Virus record (IMG/VR): IMGVR_UViG_3300022072_000067
Location: 1-33,371 of that record
Direction: 5' to 3' (one strand)
DNA length: 33,371 nucleotides
Source of the DNA: a virus
Lineage: Duplodnaviria > Caudoviricetes
This document shows positions 1 to 9,201 of the stretch, piece by piece (positions within the stretch are counted from its first letter, which is position 1; each line of letters starts with the position of its first letter). The notes under the pieces were generated by a model that did no database searches, was not told where the DNA came from, and saw only the letters and a list, made by a program, of their open reading frames with translations. A program made the position numbers and the translations under genes.

Positions 1-45
1 GTCCATAAAACCCCAAATTTATTAAAAACACCGGAAGGAACTAAA

Positions 46-546
46 ATGGCAGGTGCCAAAGGCCGCTCAGGTCGACCAACAGAGAAGTCCATAGCTCAAC
101 ACAAGCTCGATGGCACCTACCGCAACAACAGACATGCCGGCATCATCCAAGATAACGCTAAACAAGTGGGGCCTGAGAGCTACATCAACAACAGCAGCAC
201 TAAGACCGAGCTATTCAAGCGCTTCAGTGAGCTGCTGTACAGCGAGGGTCTCACATCAGGTGAGGTCGATAGTCTCTACATCAGTCAGATAGTGGACCTC
301 TATGACGCTTACACACAGGCTGCTGAGGTCTACAACACTGAGGGTGTAGCCGCTAGGGTTGGACCTAAGTTAGCTATCACACTGATGATTGAACTACAGA
401 AGGAACTGCGCATCCAACTAGGCGAGTACGCACTGACACCATCCACGCGGGCAGCTAAGGCTCGCACTAAGGACACTACTGCTGCTGAGGTAGTTGATGA
501 CCCTGTAGCCGACTTCCTCAACACTAAGCCACGCTTGGTTAAGTAA
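46..546 (+). CDS. terS: Terminase small subunit (P27-like)
   Basis: N-terminal GRSGRP, HKLDGTYRxxRH and C-terminal EYALTPSTRAA motifs typical of P27-family TerS; RBS GGAAGGA; follows the HNH gene across the genome ends. Confidence 0.85.
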   Translation: MAGAKGRSGRPTEKSIAQHKLDGTYRNNRHAGIIQDNAKQVGPESYINNSSTKTELFKRFSELLYSEGLTSGEVDSLYISQIVDLYDAYTQAAEVYNTEGVAARVGPKLAITLMIELQKELRIQLGEYALTPSTRAAKARTKDTTAAEVVDDPVADFLNTKPRLVK

Positions 547-573
547 CCACAACACAACAAAGGACCACACAAC

Positions 574-924
574 ATGGCAAACCTATTCGTTACAGACAAA
601 CCTAAGCAAGACCCTATTGACCACATCCTACCTGATCTTGCCCTGTGCCTGAAGCACCCACGAGTGTCTAAGATTACAGTGAATACTGATGGCTCTATGG
701 CTATTGACCTTAAGGATGAGGTGGTAACTGGTCTTAGTGAGGTCATTCGTAAGGATGAGGGTCTGCATAAGGCTAACAAGACAGGCTTCCGTGGTGTCTC
801 CATTCGTGGAAACAAGTATCGTGCAGACATCTCTGAGGATGGTGTGCAGTACAACCTTGGCTCATTCGAGACCTTTGGTGAAGCTGTGGCAGCCCGCATC
901 AAAGCAGAACTAGGATTAATCTAA
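574..924 (+). CDS. AP2-domain DNA-binding protein (no HNH domain visible)
   Basis: C-terminal NKTGFRGVS...YRADI...YNLGSFETFGEAVAARIKAE matches the AP2/ERF domain pattern; RBS AAAGGA. Confidence 0.75.
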   Translation: MANLFVTDKPKQDPIDHILPDLALCLKHPRVSKITVNTDGSMAIDLKDEVVTGLSEVIRKDEGLHKANKTGFRGVSIRGNKYRADISEDGVQYNLGSFETFGEAVAARIKAELGLI

Positions 925-1442
925 TGAAAATCGGAAAACAAGGGCTTGAGCTGATCAAGATGTTTGAGGGTCTACGGCTACAAGCTTACATGCCTACACC
1001 TATTGATGTGCCTACTATCGGCTATGGTCACACTAAGACAGCTAAGATGGGTATGAAGATCACTGGGGCAGGGGCTGAGGCCCTACTCAAGCAAGACTTG
1101 GGGTGGGTAGAAGCTGTAGTTAACAAAAGTGTGACAGTCCCTCTAACACAACCCCAATATGACGCTTTATGCTCATTCGTCTATAACCTTGGTGGTACTA
1201 ACTTCAAGCGGTCTACACTACTCAAGAAGCTAAACAACAAGGATTACAAAGGTGCTGCTGATGAGCTTCTTCGTTGGGACAAACAAGGTTCTGAAGTTCT
1301 TCGTGGCCTTACACGCCGTAGGGAGGCCGAGAAAGCACTGTTCCTGTCAGAGCCTGTTGCCACTACCCCAGCGCACACTAAAGGCCCTCTAGCAGCCCTC
1401 CTAGCGGCTCTAGTGGCTATCTTCACCAACAGAGGGGCATGA
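924..1442 (+). CDS. Endolysin, GH24 lysozyme, with hydrophobic C-terminal tail
   Basis: GLELIKMFEGLRLQAY...TIGYGHT, QYDALCSFVYNLG, GLTRRREAEKALF motifs; ends GPLAALLAALVAIFTNRGA. Confidence 0.93.
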   Translation: MKIGKQGLELIKMFEGLRLQAYMPTPIDVPTIGYGHTKTAKMGMKITGAGAEALLKQDLGWVEAVVNKSVTVPLTQPQYDALCSFVYNLGGTNFKRSTLLKKLNNKDYKGAADELLRWDKQGSEVLRGLTRRREAEKALFLSEPVATTPAHTKGPLAALLAALVAIFTNRGA

Positions 1443-1443
1443 T

Positions 1444-1800
1444 ATGCTAAAGCTAATCTTATCACTCATTAACCCACTCGCTAAGGTTACTGCTGATTTA
1501 ATCTTTGCTAAAACCAACCAAGCTAATGCTACGACTGAGCAACAACGTATTGAGGCTGAAGTAACCATCAGCCAACTAGAGGCTCAACAGAAGCTCTTGG
1601 TCGCTGAACAGGCTACACGGGCTACTCGTTGGATCAGACCACTGTTTGCCCTCCCTTTCGTGATCTATAACTTCAAGGTTATCGTTTGGGACAAGGTGTT
1701 CGGCTTTGGCACTACAGATGTGCTATCAGATCAATATTGGCAACTACAAATGATTGTCTTTGGGGCCTACTTTATCACTCGTGGTCTCGCTAAAAAATAA
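1444..1800 (+). CDS. Putative holin (3TM/GTA-holin-like)
   Basis: Directly after the endolysin; WIRPLF motif, hydrophobic segments, YFITRGLAKK basic C-terminus. Confidence 0.7.
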   Translation: MLKLILSLINPLAKVTADLIFAKTNQANATTEQQRIEAEVTISQLEAQQKLLVAEQATRATRWIRPLFALPFVIYNFKVIVWDKVFGFGTTDVLSDQYWQLQMIVFGAYFITRGLAKK

Positions 1801-1821
1801 CTAACTTTAAGGAGGCCTCTA

Positions 1822-2064
1822 ATGGCTAGGCGTACGGTCAAAGAGGTCTCAGATGACCTAGACACTCACATTAACCGCCTCTACGAACTTGAGGGTGCAC
1901 ACTCAGCCTTAGATTTACGGCACAGCTTGCTTCACAAGGATGTTGTTGAAAACAGGCGTGATGTTAATGAGATCAAAGACTACTTCAAGTGGTTTATGAA
2001 GGTTGTAGTTGGCCTTTTTGCTAGTGCTGTTGTGGGCTTTATAGTCCAAGGCGGTTTAATATAA
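1822..2064 (+). CDS. Small coiled-coil protein with C-terminal TM helix (XhlA-like, lysis-associated)
   Basis: Strong RBS AAGGAGG; coiled-coil N-part then KWFMKVVVGLFASAVVGFIV. Confidence 0.55.
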   Translation: MARRTVKEVSDDLDTHINRLYELEGAHSALDLRHSLLHKDVVENRRDVNEIKDYFKWFMKVVVGLFASAVVGFIVQGGLI

Positions 2065-2118
2065 TTAAGGACTTTGGGTCTCCCTAACGGGGGGCCTACA
2101 ACAACAGAAAGCTACAAC

Positions 2119-2883
2119 ATGACAACCACACACTTAGTAATTCCAGATGGGCACTCTAAGCCCTCTGAAGACTTAGGACGCTTTGACCTTTTAAATAAGT
2201 TCATTAAAGACCTCAAACCTGATGTTGTAGTTAACATCGGTGATGCAGCAGACATGCACAGCCTTAACACTTTCGATAAGGGCAAAGGTTCCTTTCATGG
2301 TGCCTCCTATGAGAAGGACATCAGTTGTGCAGTTGAGAGCTTTGACCGTACGTTCCACAAGACAACAAAGTCTATGCGTAAGGTATTCTGTACAGGCAAC
2401 CATGAACACAGGATTACAAGGGTCTTAGATCAGTCCCCAGAGCTTGCTGGTGAAACACATGGTGTCTCTATGGGCCACCTACAGCTAGACAAGTACTTTG
2501 ATGATGTAGTCCCCTATGAAGGTGCAGCAGCAGGTACTATAGTTATTGATGGTATCATCTACGCCCACTACCTGACATCAGGTGCTATGGGTCGCCCTAT
2601 CAGTGGTGACAACCATGCTCGTTCATTGCTCCTAAAGGGCCACATGAGCGCTACAGTGGGCCACAGCCACTTCTTTGACTTCAGCACACATGTTGATGCT
2701 TCAGGTCGTAGGATGATGGGCTTAGTAGCTGGTAGCTTCAAAGGCCCTAAGAATGACGCTTACGCTGGCACTAGCGCACGTAACTACTGGCGAGGTGTTT
2801 GTGTCAAACGAATGGTAGAAGACGGCACCTATGACCTACAGATGGTCTCTATGGCTCAACTGGAGGCACTATACAAAACATAA
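2119..2883 (+). CDS. Calcineurin-like metallophosphoesterase
   Basis: PDGH, GDAAD, GNHE, H and GHSH metal-binding motifs; start moved to ATG 2119, downstream of a hairpin. Confidence 0.85.
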   Translation: MTTTHLVIPDGHSKPSEDLGRFDLLNKFIKDLKPDVVVNIGDAADMHSLNTFDKGKGSFHGASYEKDISCAVESFDRTFHKTTKSMRKVFCTGNHEHRITRVLDQSPELAGETHGVSMGHLQLDKYFDDVVPYEGAAAGTIVIDGIIYAHYLTSGAMGRPISGDNHARSLLLKGHMSATVGHSHFFDFSTHVDASGRRMMGLVAGSFKGPKNDAYAGTSARNYWRGVCVKRMVEDGTYDLQMVSMAQLEALYKT

Positions 2884-2893
2884 AGGAAACAAC

Positions 2894-4558
2894 ATGGCAC
2901 TGACAAAAGACGCTATTGCGTACGCTAGAGACATCACAGATGGCACAATCTTAGCTAACAAATACATCAGGCTTCAGTGCCAATCGTTCCTTAACGACCT
3001 TAACACTAACCAACATGATGATGACTTCCGTTGGCAGTTCTCACATGAGTTAGCAGACCATGCGCTGGGCTACATGCAACTCTTTAAGTACGTTGAGGGC
3101 ACTGTAGCTGGTCAGCAGGTTGTGCTATCACCTTGGCAAGCATTCCTAATCATCAATGCCTACGGGTGGGTCGATAAGGCCAATGAGGGTATCAGGCGCT
3201 ACACACGTCTAATCTCTCTGGTTGGCCGTAAGAACGCTAAGTCTACAGTCCTAGCCCTTGTGGGTCTTTATGAGCTACGCTTTGGCCCTGAAGGCTCACA
3301 GCTAGTTACTATGGCTACACAGAAGGAACAGGCTAAGCTTGTGTGGAACATGAGTGGTCGTATGGCTGAGACATCAGATCAACGCTTGATCCCTAGCTAC
3401 AATCGCACAGTGTCTACTATCTCCAATAAGGAAAACTGGACACGCTATTGGCCCCTTTCTAAAGAGAGTAAGCGTCTTGATGGCCTTAACATTCGTTTAG
3501 CTATCATTGATGAAGCTGCCGCTATCCGTGACGAGAACCTGTTTGATGTTGTTACATCCTCTATGGGTTCACAGCTATCTCCACAGACTTGGATGATTAC
3601 CACAGGTCAAACTGGTGCTGAGAGCAACCCATTTATGAAGTCTTTGGACTACGGAAAGAAGGTGCTTGAGGGTTTAGTTGATGACCAACGTGTTTTCACA
3701 CTAGCTTATCAGATTGAAGAAGGGGACGAATGGAACGACCCTGAAGTTTGGATTAAGTCAAACCCTAACCTTGGCCTAAGTGTTTCCCTTGAGTTCCTCA
3801 TGGAAGAAATGAAGGAAGCTGAAAACATCCCTAGTAAGGCTGTCAACTTCAAGGTCAAATATTGCAACCAGTTCCTTAGTACAGCGGATGCTTGGATGGA
3901 CGTATCCTTATGGAACGCCTGTACAGTCTCTAAGCTGCCCACTGATGGCCTTCCTGTCTACATTGGCATGGACTTAGGTGCTACATCAGACTTAACCTCT
4001 GTTGCCCTTCTCTGGGCCTCTGAGGGGCAATACTATGTTGACTACCAAGCTTGGGTTCCAGAGGAGGCATTCAAGTCCTGCCCTAAGCACGTCAGGTCTG
4101 TTTATGACATGGCTGCTGAAAGTGGGAAACTAATTGTCACTGAAGGTAACGTAGCCGACCATGATGCTGTCTATGACTATCTGTTAAAACTAGCAGAGCG
4201 TGAGCAAGTCAAAGAGATTGCTTTTGATAGTTGGTCTGCTGTTCACCTGACCTCTAGGCTTACTGAAGCTGGCTTACCTATGGTTCGCTATGACCAGTCT
4301 ATGAAGTCTATGTCCCCAGCATCTAAGGAAGCTGAAATCGTTATCCGTAACAGGGCCATAAGCCACTTAGGAGACCCTTTCTTTGCTTGGTGTTTCAATA
4401 ACGCAGAGGTCTACACTGATGCTAATGAAAACATTAAGGTTAGAAAAGGCCCTGACCATGCGCTAAAGATTGACCCTGTTGTTGCAATGATTATGGCTAT
4501 TGGTCGTGCAATACTACAACAAGAGAAGACCAAGAAGTTTTCATTCTACATGGATTAA
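2894..4558 (+). CDS. terL: Terminase large subunit
   Basis: VGRKNAKST Walker A, AIIDE Walker B, WIKSNPNLG, GMDLG nuclease motif, KIDPVVA; RBS AAAGGA before ATG 2894. Confidence 0.96.
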   Translation: MALTKDAIAYARDITDGTILANKYIRLQCQSFLNDLNTNQHDDDFRWQFSHELADHALGYMQLFKYVEGTVAGQQVVLSPWQAFLIINAYGWVDKANEGIRRYTRLISLVGRKNAKSTVLALVGLYELRFGPEGSQLVTMATQKEQAKLVWNMSGRMAETSDQRLIPSYNRTVSTISNKENWTRYWPLSKESKRLDGLNIRLAIIDEAAAIRDENLFDVVTSSMGSQLSPQTWMITTGQTGAESNPFMKSLDYGKKVLEGLVDDQRVFTLAYQIEEGDEWNDPEVWIKSNPNLGLSVSLEFLMEEMKEAENIPSKAVNFKVKYCNQFLSTADAWMDVSLWNACTVSKLPTDGLPVYIGMDLGATSDLTSVALLWASEGQYYVDYQAWVPEEAFKSCPKHVRSVYDMAAESGKLIVTEGNVADHDAVYDYLLKLAEREQVKEIAFDSWSAVHLTSRLTEAGLPMVRYDQSMKSMSPASKEAEIVIRNRAISHLGDPFFAWCFNNAEVYTDANENIKVRKGPDHALKIDPVVAMIMAIGRAILQQEKTKKFSFYMD

Positions 4559-4574
4559 CCAAAGGAGATTTGTG

Positions 4575-5399
4575 ATGGTTTTACCATTTGATCCAGACCA
4601 CAGACTTATTCACTCAGACTTTAACTTAGCCCTAGCAGAAAAAGAAATCTTTGAGCTGTACAACAAACGTGTATCAATATGGGACAAAGCTAAAACCCTT
4701 ATGCGGTTCGGTGTTAACCCTGATGTTAATGGTGTAGAGGAAACTGTATGGGACATTGGTGGGGTTGAGACTTACGCCACAGGAAACACCATTGACACTA
4801 TTAGCTCTACAAACGTAAATGATACTGAGAATGTAAGAATTGAGTGCCACACAGTTGTTGGGACTGGTGTGGATGCTAAGTTTACTTTTATCGTGCAAAC
4901 CGTTACGCTTAATGGTCAAAACAAGGTGTTGTTACCGATACCAGTTGCCCGTGTCTCTTACATGGAAAACGCTAATAGTTTCCCACTGTCTGGAGATGTG
5001 TTTGTCTATCAGGACACTGCTATTGTAGATGGCGCACCTACAGATTTAACAAAGGCACATTGTAAGATACGAGGCACTGAAGGTATCGACCAATCACAAA
5101 AATGCTCAACAACTCTTAGTGATACAGACTTTTTTATCGTCACTTCAGTTTCAACAGGGCTTGATAAAGGATCAGGGGTTGATGTTTCTGCTGATGTGCA
5201 ATTTGAAGTAAAAGAGGCTGGTCTTGTTTTCAAGCACCGTAAAGTTTTTTCAGCGGCAAAAGGTTCTGTGCCTATTGTCCTTTCCCCCTACCTGATAGTT
5301 CCAAGGAACTCTGATATTCGTGTCAACTGTGCCACAAGCTCTACTAATGTGGCAGTGACAGCATCTTTCAGCGGCTACCTAGCAACTGTATTAACATAA
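4575..5399 (+). CDS. Hypothetical beta-rich protein, possibly virion-associated
   Basis: RBS AAAGGAG; long V/T/S-rich ORF between terL and portal. Confidence 0.6.
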   Translation: MVLPFDPDHRLIHSDFNLALAEKEIFELYNKRVSIWDKAKTLMRFGVNPDVNGVEETVWDIGGVETYATGNTIDTISSTNVNDTENVRIECHTVVGTGVDAKFTFIVQTVTLNGQNKVLLPIPVARVSYMENANSFPLSGDVFVYQDTAIVDGAPTDLTKAHCKIRGTEGIDQSQKCSTTLSDTDFFIVTSVSTGLDKGSGVDVSADVQFEVKEAGLVFKHRKVFSAAKGSVPIVLSPYLIVPRNSDIRVNCATSSTNVAVTASFSGYLATVLT

Positions 5400-5411
5400 A
5401 GGAGGCATAAC

Positions 5412-6605
5412 ATGCCATCTCTCTTAGACTGGCTTATGCCTTCAACCGTCAAAGACGACGTCCCAACAACAAACAGCAACTTCACCTTTGCTATTGCAGC
5501 TAACCCTAACAGTGCAGTTGAGGTGACCCCAGAGAGCGCTATGACTAACGCTACGGTGTTTACGTGTCTTAGTGTCCTTGGGACTGCTGTATCACAACTA
5601 CCAGTGGCTGTAATGAAAGAGGGCGATAAGTCCTTTTCACCAGTGAAGCACTACGTTAACGAATTGCTCAAGAAGCCTAACGCTTCCCAGAGCCAATATG
5701 AGTTCCTCTACGGCATCGTGGTTGACCTTATGCTTTACGGTAACTGCTACATCCAGAAGATCACTACAAGCTCTGGTAAGGTCGTTGAGTTGATCCCACT
5801 GCCAGCCAATGAGGTTGAAACTGTTTTGTCTATCTCAGGCAAGCGCACATTCATTCTCAACAAGAAGGTCTATAGTGAGAAGGAAGTTATTCACCTTCGT
5901 GACTTTGTGGGCCAAGAGGCTCAAGGCCTGTCACGGGTTAAGCAGTGTGCACGTCTGGTGGCAATCGACAATGCTATTGACGTTCTTATTGCTGACACAT
6001 TCGTCAACGGTACTAGTGCATCTGGTATCGTTAGTTTCCCTGATGATGTTGAACCTGCTACAGCTCAAGCGTTCACAGATGCTTGGTCACGTAAGTTCGG
6101 CAAAGGTGGGACTACTCGTGGTTCTGTAGCTGTTATTGGTGGTGGTGCAACCTTCCAACAACTAACACCTCTAAGCCCTGCTGATGGTGACATCCAGTCT
6201 CTGAAGGAACAGACTACAGCCCGCATTGGTGCTGTCTTTCGTATCCCTTCACACATGCTAGAAATCTTCAGTGGTGCTAAGTATAGTAACGTGCAGGTTC
6301 GTAACACAGCTTTCTATCGTGATAGTATTGCTCCACTAACCACACTGATTGAACAAAAGCTAACTTTTGGTCTTCTTGGTGACAGTGGTTTAACTATCCG
6401 TTTTGATAGCTCTGACTTGCTTCGTGGTGATCTTCAGCAAGCTACTGCTGTGGCTGTTGATGCTGTAGGCGCTGGGCTACTCAGTGTTGATGAGGCCCGT
6501 GCCCTTATGGGTTACAGTCCTATGGCTGAAGAAGATAAACCCAAGCCACAACCAATGCCAACACCAGAGGAGGCTATAGACAATGTGGATGATACGCAGG
6601 CCTAA
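5412..6605 (+). CDS. Portal protein, HK97 family
   Basis: LLKKPN, LMLYGNCY, EVIHLR, GLS, IGAVFRIPSHML, SVDEARALMGYSP motifs; RBS AAGGAGG. Confidence 0.95.
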   Translation: MPSLLDWLMPSTVKDDVPTTNSNFTFAIAANPNSAVEVTPESAMTNATVFTCLSVLGTAVSQLPVAVMKEGDKSFSPVKHYVNELLKKPNASQSQYEFLYGIVVDLMLYGNCYIQKITTSSGKVVELIPLPANEVETVLSISGKRTFILNKKVYSEKEVIHLRDFVGQEAQGLSRVKQCARLVAIDNAIDVLIADTFVNGTSASGIVSFPDDVEPATAQAFTDAWSRKFGKGGTTRGSVAVIGGGATFQQLTPLSPADGDIQSLKEQTTARIGAVFRIPSHMLEIFSGAKYSNVQVRNTAFYRDSIAPLTTLIEQKLTFGLLGDSGLTIRFDSSDLLRGDLQQATAVAVDAVGAGLLSVDEARALMGYSPMAEEDKPKPQPMPTPEEAIDNVDDTQA

Positions 6606-6750
6606 TGGCACAATCTACTCTCGTAAAAACCTTGCTAGCTTAAAAGCAGCGTATGGTGGTAACAAGAAGGAACTAGAGGCCCAAGGTTGGCTTTTCGTTG
6701 ACCTTGAGGCACCTAAGAAGAAGGACACATCTAATGAAGATGATAAGTAA
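6583..6750 (+). CDS. Small 55-aa hypothetical protein (MWMIRRPNGTIYSRKNL...EDDK), absent from the ORF track
   Basis: RBS GAGGAGG at ~6567-6573; fills the portal-protease gap and overlaps both neighbours. Confidence 0.6.
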   Translation: MWMIRRPNGTIYSRKNLASLKAAYGGNKKELEAQGWLFVDLEAPKKKDTSNEDDK

Positions 6751-7378
6751 ATCCATCCCGCTACAGATTGAGACTAAGGCTGACGCTCCAGCAGGTACAA
6801 TCTCAGCCTACTTGACCACATTTGGTAACTCAGATGTTGTTGATGACATCATGGCTAAAGGGTCGCTTGACAAGTTCATTGCTAAGTTTAACCCACAGGC
6901 TAAGAAGCTGCCAATGTTCTACGAGCATGACCACACATCTATCATTGGTGAGTGGGTAGGGCTTAAAGCTGATGAAAATGGTGTAGTTGGTGAAGGTGTC
7001 TTGTACACTGAGACCACAAAAGGCTCTGATGTCTATAAGCTGATGAAGCGTAATGCTGTTAGTTCAGTATCCATTGGCTTTCGTAGTTCAGACTTTGAGA
7101 AGAACGACGAAGGTGGACGCACGTTCAATGAGATTGAGCTTGTAGAGACTTCTGTGGTCCTTAACCCTGCTAACGACCAAGCACAGATCATGTCCGTTAA
7201 GTCCGATGATGGTTTTATCGAGACTGCTGCACTCAAGAAGCACCTGATTGAAGGCGGCTTGACTAAAGCAGAATGCGAAGCCCTATTCCTTAACGGATGG
7301 AAAGGCCTAAAGATGCTCCGTGAGACGGACATCAAGGCAGAAACACTAGCTGAAGCACTCAAGAGCTTTAAGCTGTAA
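6734..7378 (+). CDS. Prohead maturation protease (HK97 gp4-like)
   Basis: AYLTTFGNSD, PMFYEHD, SVSIGF, LVETSVVLNPAN motifs; start at ATG 6734 after AAGGA. Confidence 0.95.
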   Translation: MKMISKSIPLQIETKADAPAGTISAYLTTFGNSDVVDDIMAKGSLDKFIAKFNPQAKKLPMFYEHDHTSIIGEWVGLKADENGVVGEGVLYTETTKGSDVYKLMKRNAVSSVSIGFRSSDFEKNDEGGRTFNEIELVETSVVLNPANDQAQIMSVKSDDGFIETAALKKHLIEGGLTKAECEALFLNGWKGLKMLRETDIKAETLAEALKSFKL

Positions 7379-7487
7379 ACAGTTTGGGGCGGAATGCCTT
7401 AATATCACCCTACCAACCCAAAACCTATAAGACTAACGTGCAGTGGAATACTGTCCCTATGTCTCTATCATCTCTGAAAGGATGACC

Positions 7488-8591
7488 ATGACTACTGAAG
7501 TAAATGAAGCCCTTGAAGCTATCAAGGCACAAGTGACTGAGAAGTTCGAAACAGTGGCTGCTAAAGCAGACCTTGAAGCTCTTGGCACAACCAAAGCAGA
7601 CACAGCGTCTGTTGAAGCACTCAAGGGCCACCTTGAAGCTCTTGAAGCTAAATTTGATGCTATGCCAGCACCATCTATCCTTAAAGCAACACAAGCGGAA
7701 GTTAAATCCATGAAATCAGTATCCGAAGGCTTCGCAAAGTCATTTGAAGCAACAGGCAAGAACCACTTTGACGTAGAGCTTAAAGCTATCACGCAGGGTC
7801 GTGATGTTACTGGTGGTGCTACTGAAACATTCGGTCTGATCGGCTCGATGTTTAACAGCAACCCAATTCGTTCAGTAGCTTCCGTTATGAACACTACAAG
7901 CAAAGCCATTGACCTGCCAGTTCGTGCTGGTTCGCATGGTGCTGCTAACGCTGGTGCAACTAAGGATGTTGCTGACAACGGTAACGCAAGTGTTGGTGTA
8001 ACAACCCTGATCGTTCAGACTTACAATGCACGTGCAGATGTGACCATTGAAGCTGTTAACGACATCCCAGGCTTTGACCAGTTCTGGGCACAAGACATGC
8101 TTGCTGAAGTAGCATCTATCGAAGCTGCTGAGCACGTTACTGAGCTTGCTACTATGACTGCTGGTAAGGTTGCAGCTTCTGCTTCTGTAGTTACTTGGGA
8201 TGAGATCGTTGATCTTTACTACTCCATTGAGCCAGCGGCTCGTGTTGGTGGTGCATTCATGTTCTCCAGCGAGATCATGGCACAGTTGCGCACACTGTCC
8301 AACAGCGGCACAGGCTCTGAGCTGTTGTTTGACCCACAGCTTGGTGGTTTCCGTTTGTTCGGCGCTCCAGTGTACGAGAACGGCTACATGGCAGCTCCTG
8401 CTGCTAACGCTATCACAGGTGCCTTTGGTGACTGGAAGCGTGGCCTTGTAATCGCACAGCGTGCTTCTGCTTCTGTTGGTCGCTTTGACCAGACAGTTCC
8501 TGGTAAGTACGCTTACTATGCAGAATTGCGTTCTGGCATCTCCAACTGGGACAACTCAGCTCTGAAGACACTGAAGATGGCTGCTGCTTAA
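7488..8591 (+). CDS. Major capsid protein, HK97 fold with N-terminal delta/scaffold segment
   Basis: Position after the protease; coiled-coil N-terminus; RLFGAPV and AFGDW motifs; RBS GAAAGGA. Confidence 0.9.
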   Translation: MTTEVNEALEAIKAQVTEKFETVAAKADLEALGTTKADTASVEALKGHLEALEAKFDAMPAPSILKATQAEVKSMKSVSEGFAKSFEATGKNHFDVELKAITQGRDVTGGATETFGLIGSMFNSNPIRSVASVMNTTSKAIDLPVRAGSHGAANAGATKDVADNGNASVGVTTLIVQTYNARADVTIEAVNDIPGFDQFWAQDMLAEVASIEAAEHVTELATMTAGKVAASASVVTWDEIVDLYYSIEPAARVGGAFMFSSEIMAQLRTLSNSGTGSELLFDPQLGGFRLFGAPVYENGYMAAPAANAITGAFGDWKRGLVIAQRASASVGRFDQTVPGKYAYYAELRSGISNWDNSALKTLKMAAA

Positions 8592-8604
8592 ACCTTAGCC
8601 TTGT

Positions 8605-8633
8605 TGGCCCCTGAGCATTACGCTTGGGGGTCA
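8605..8633 (+). other. GC-rich intergenic hairpin after the capsid gene (no U-tract)
   Basis: TGGCCCCTGAGC-ATTAC-GCTTGGGGGTCA. Confidence 0.6.
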
Positions 8634-8654
8634 CCTCAACTGTAAGGAGAAAGC

Positions 8655-9200
8655 ATGACCTATCAAGTAACTATCCCAGCTACCACATCACTTGTGTCTG
8701 TAGCTGATCTAAAGACCCACCTACTGCTGTTCGGTGACAACTCCTACGACACTGAGCTACAAGACATCCTCCTTACTGCTGAAGGCTTTATCTCTGACTT
8801 CTTAGATGACTTCCTTATTAGCACTACAGTACGGATGAACCTGTTTGCTTTTGGTGACACTACGCTAGACCACAAGAACCCTACAAGTGTTGTAGTATCC
8901 TATTGGGACACAAACAACACAGCACAAGTCTGGGCATCTAGTAACTACGTTATCGACACGTCTGATGTTTACCCCACTATCATCTTTAGTGCTAACCCTA
9001 CTGGTCAGTCCACTAAGTTTGCTAACAAGGGCTACATCACTTACAGCACAGCCCTTACACCAGTCCCAGCTAAGATCAAACACGCAGTCCTTTTGGTAGC
9101 TGCTGAACTGTTTGAGAACCGCAACAACTCCACAGATAAGAAGATGGAGAAGGTACAGTTAACAGCTATGAGACTGATGCAATCTATTAGGGGGTGGTAG
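8655..9200 (+). CDS. Head-tail connector/adaptor (gp6-like)
   Basis: VSVADLKTHL and VPAKIKHAVLLVAAELFENR motifs. Confidence 0.88.
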   Translation: MTYQVTIPATTSLVSVADLKTHLLLFGDNSYDTELQDILLTAEGFISDFLDDFLISTTVRMNLFAFGDTTLDHKNPTSVVVSYWDTNNTAQVWASSNYVIDTSDVYPTIIFSANPTGQSTKFANKGYITYSTALTPVPAKIKHAVLLVAAELFENRNNSTDKKMEKVQLTAMRLMQSIRGW

Positions 9201-9201
9201 T

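Noticed and set aside
7421-7435. CTATAAG here and near 13846 as additional phage RNAP promoters
   Set aside because: No match to the AAACACTTA upstream half of the 22-mer; too weak to support
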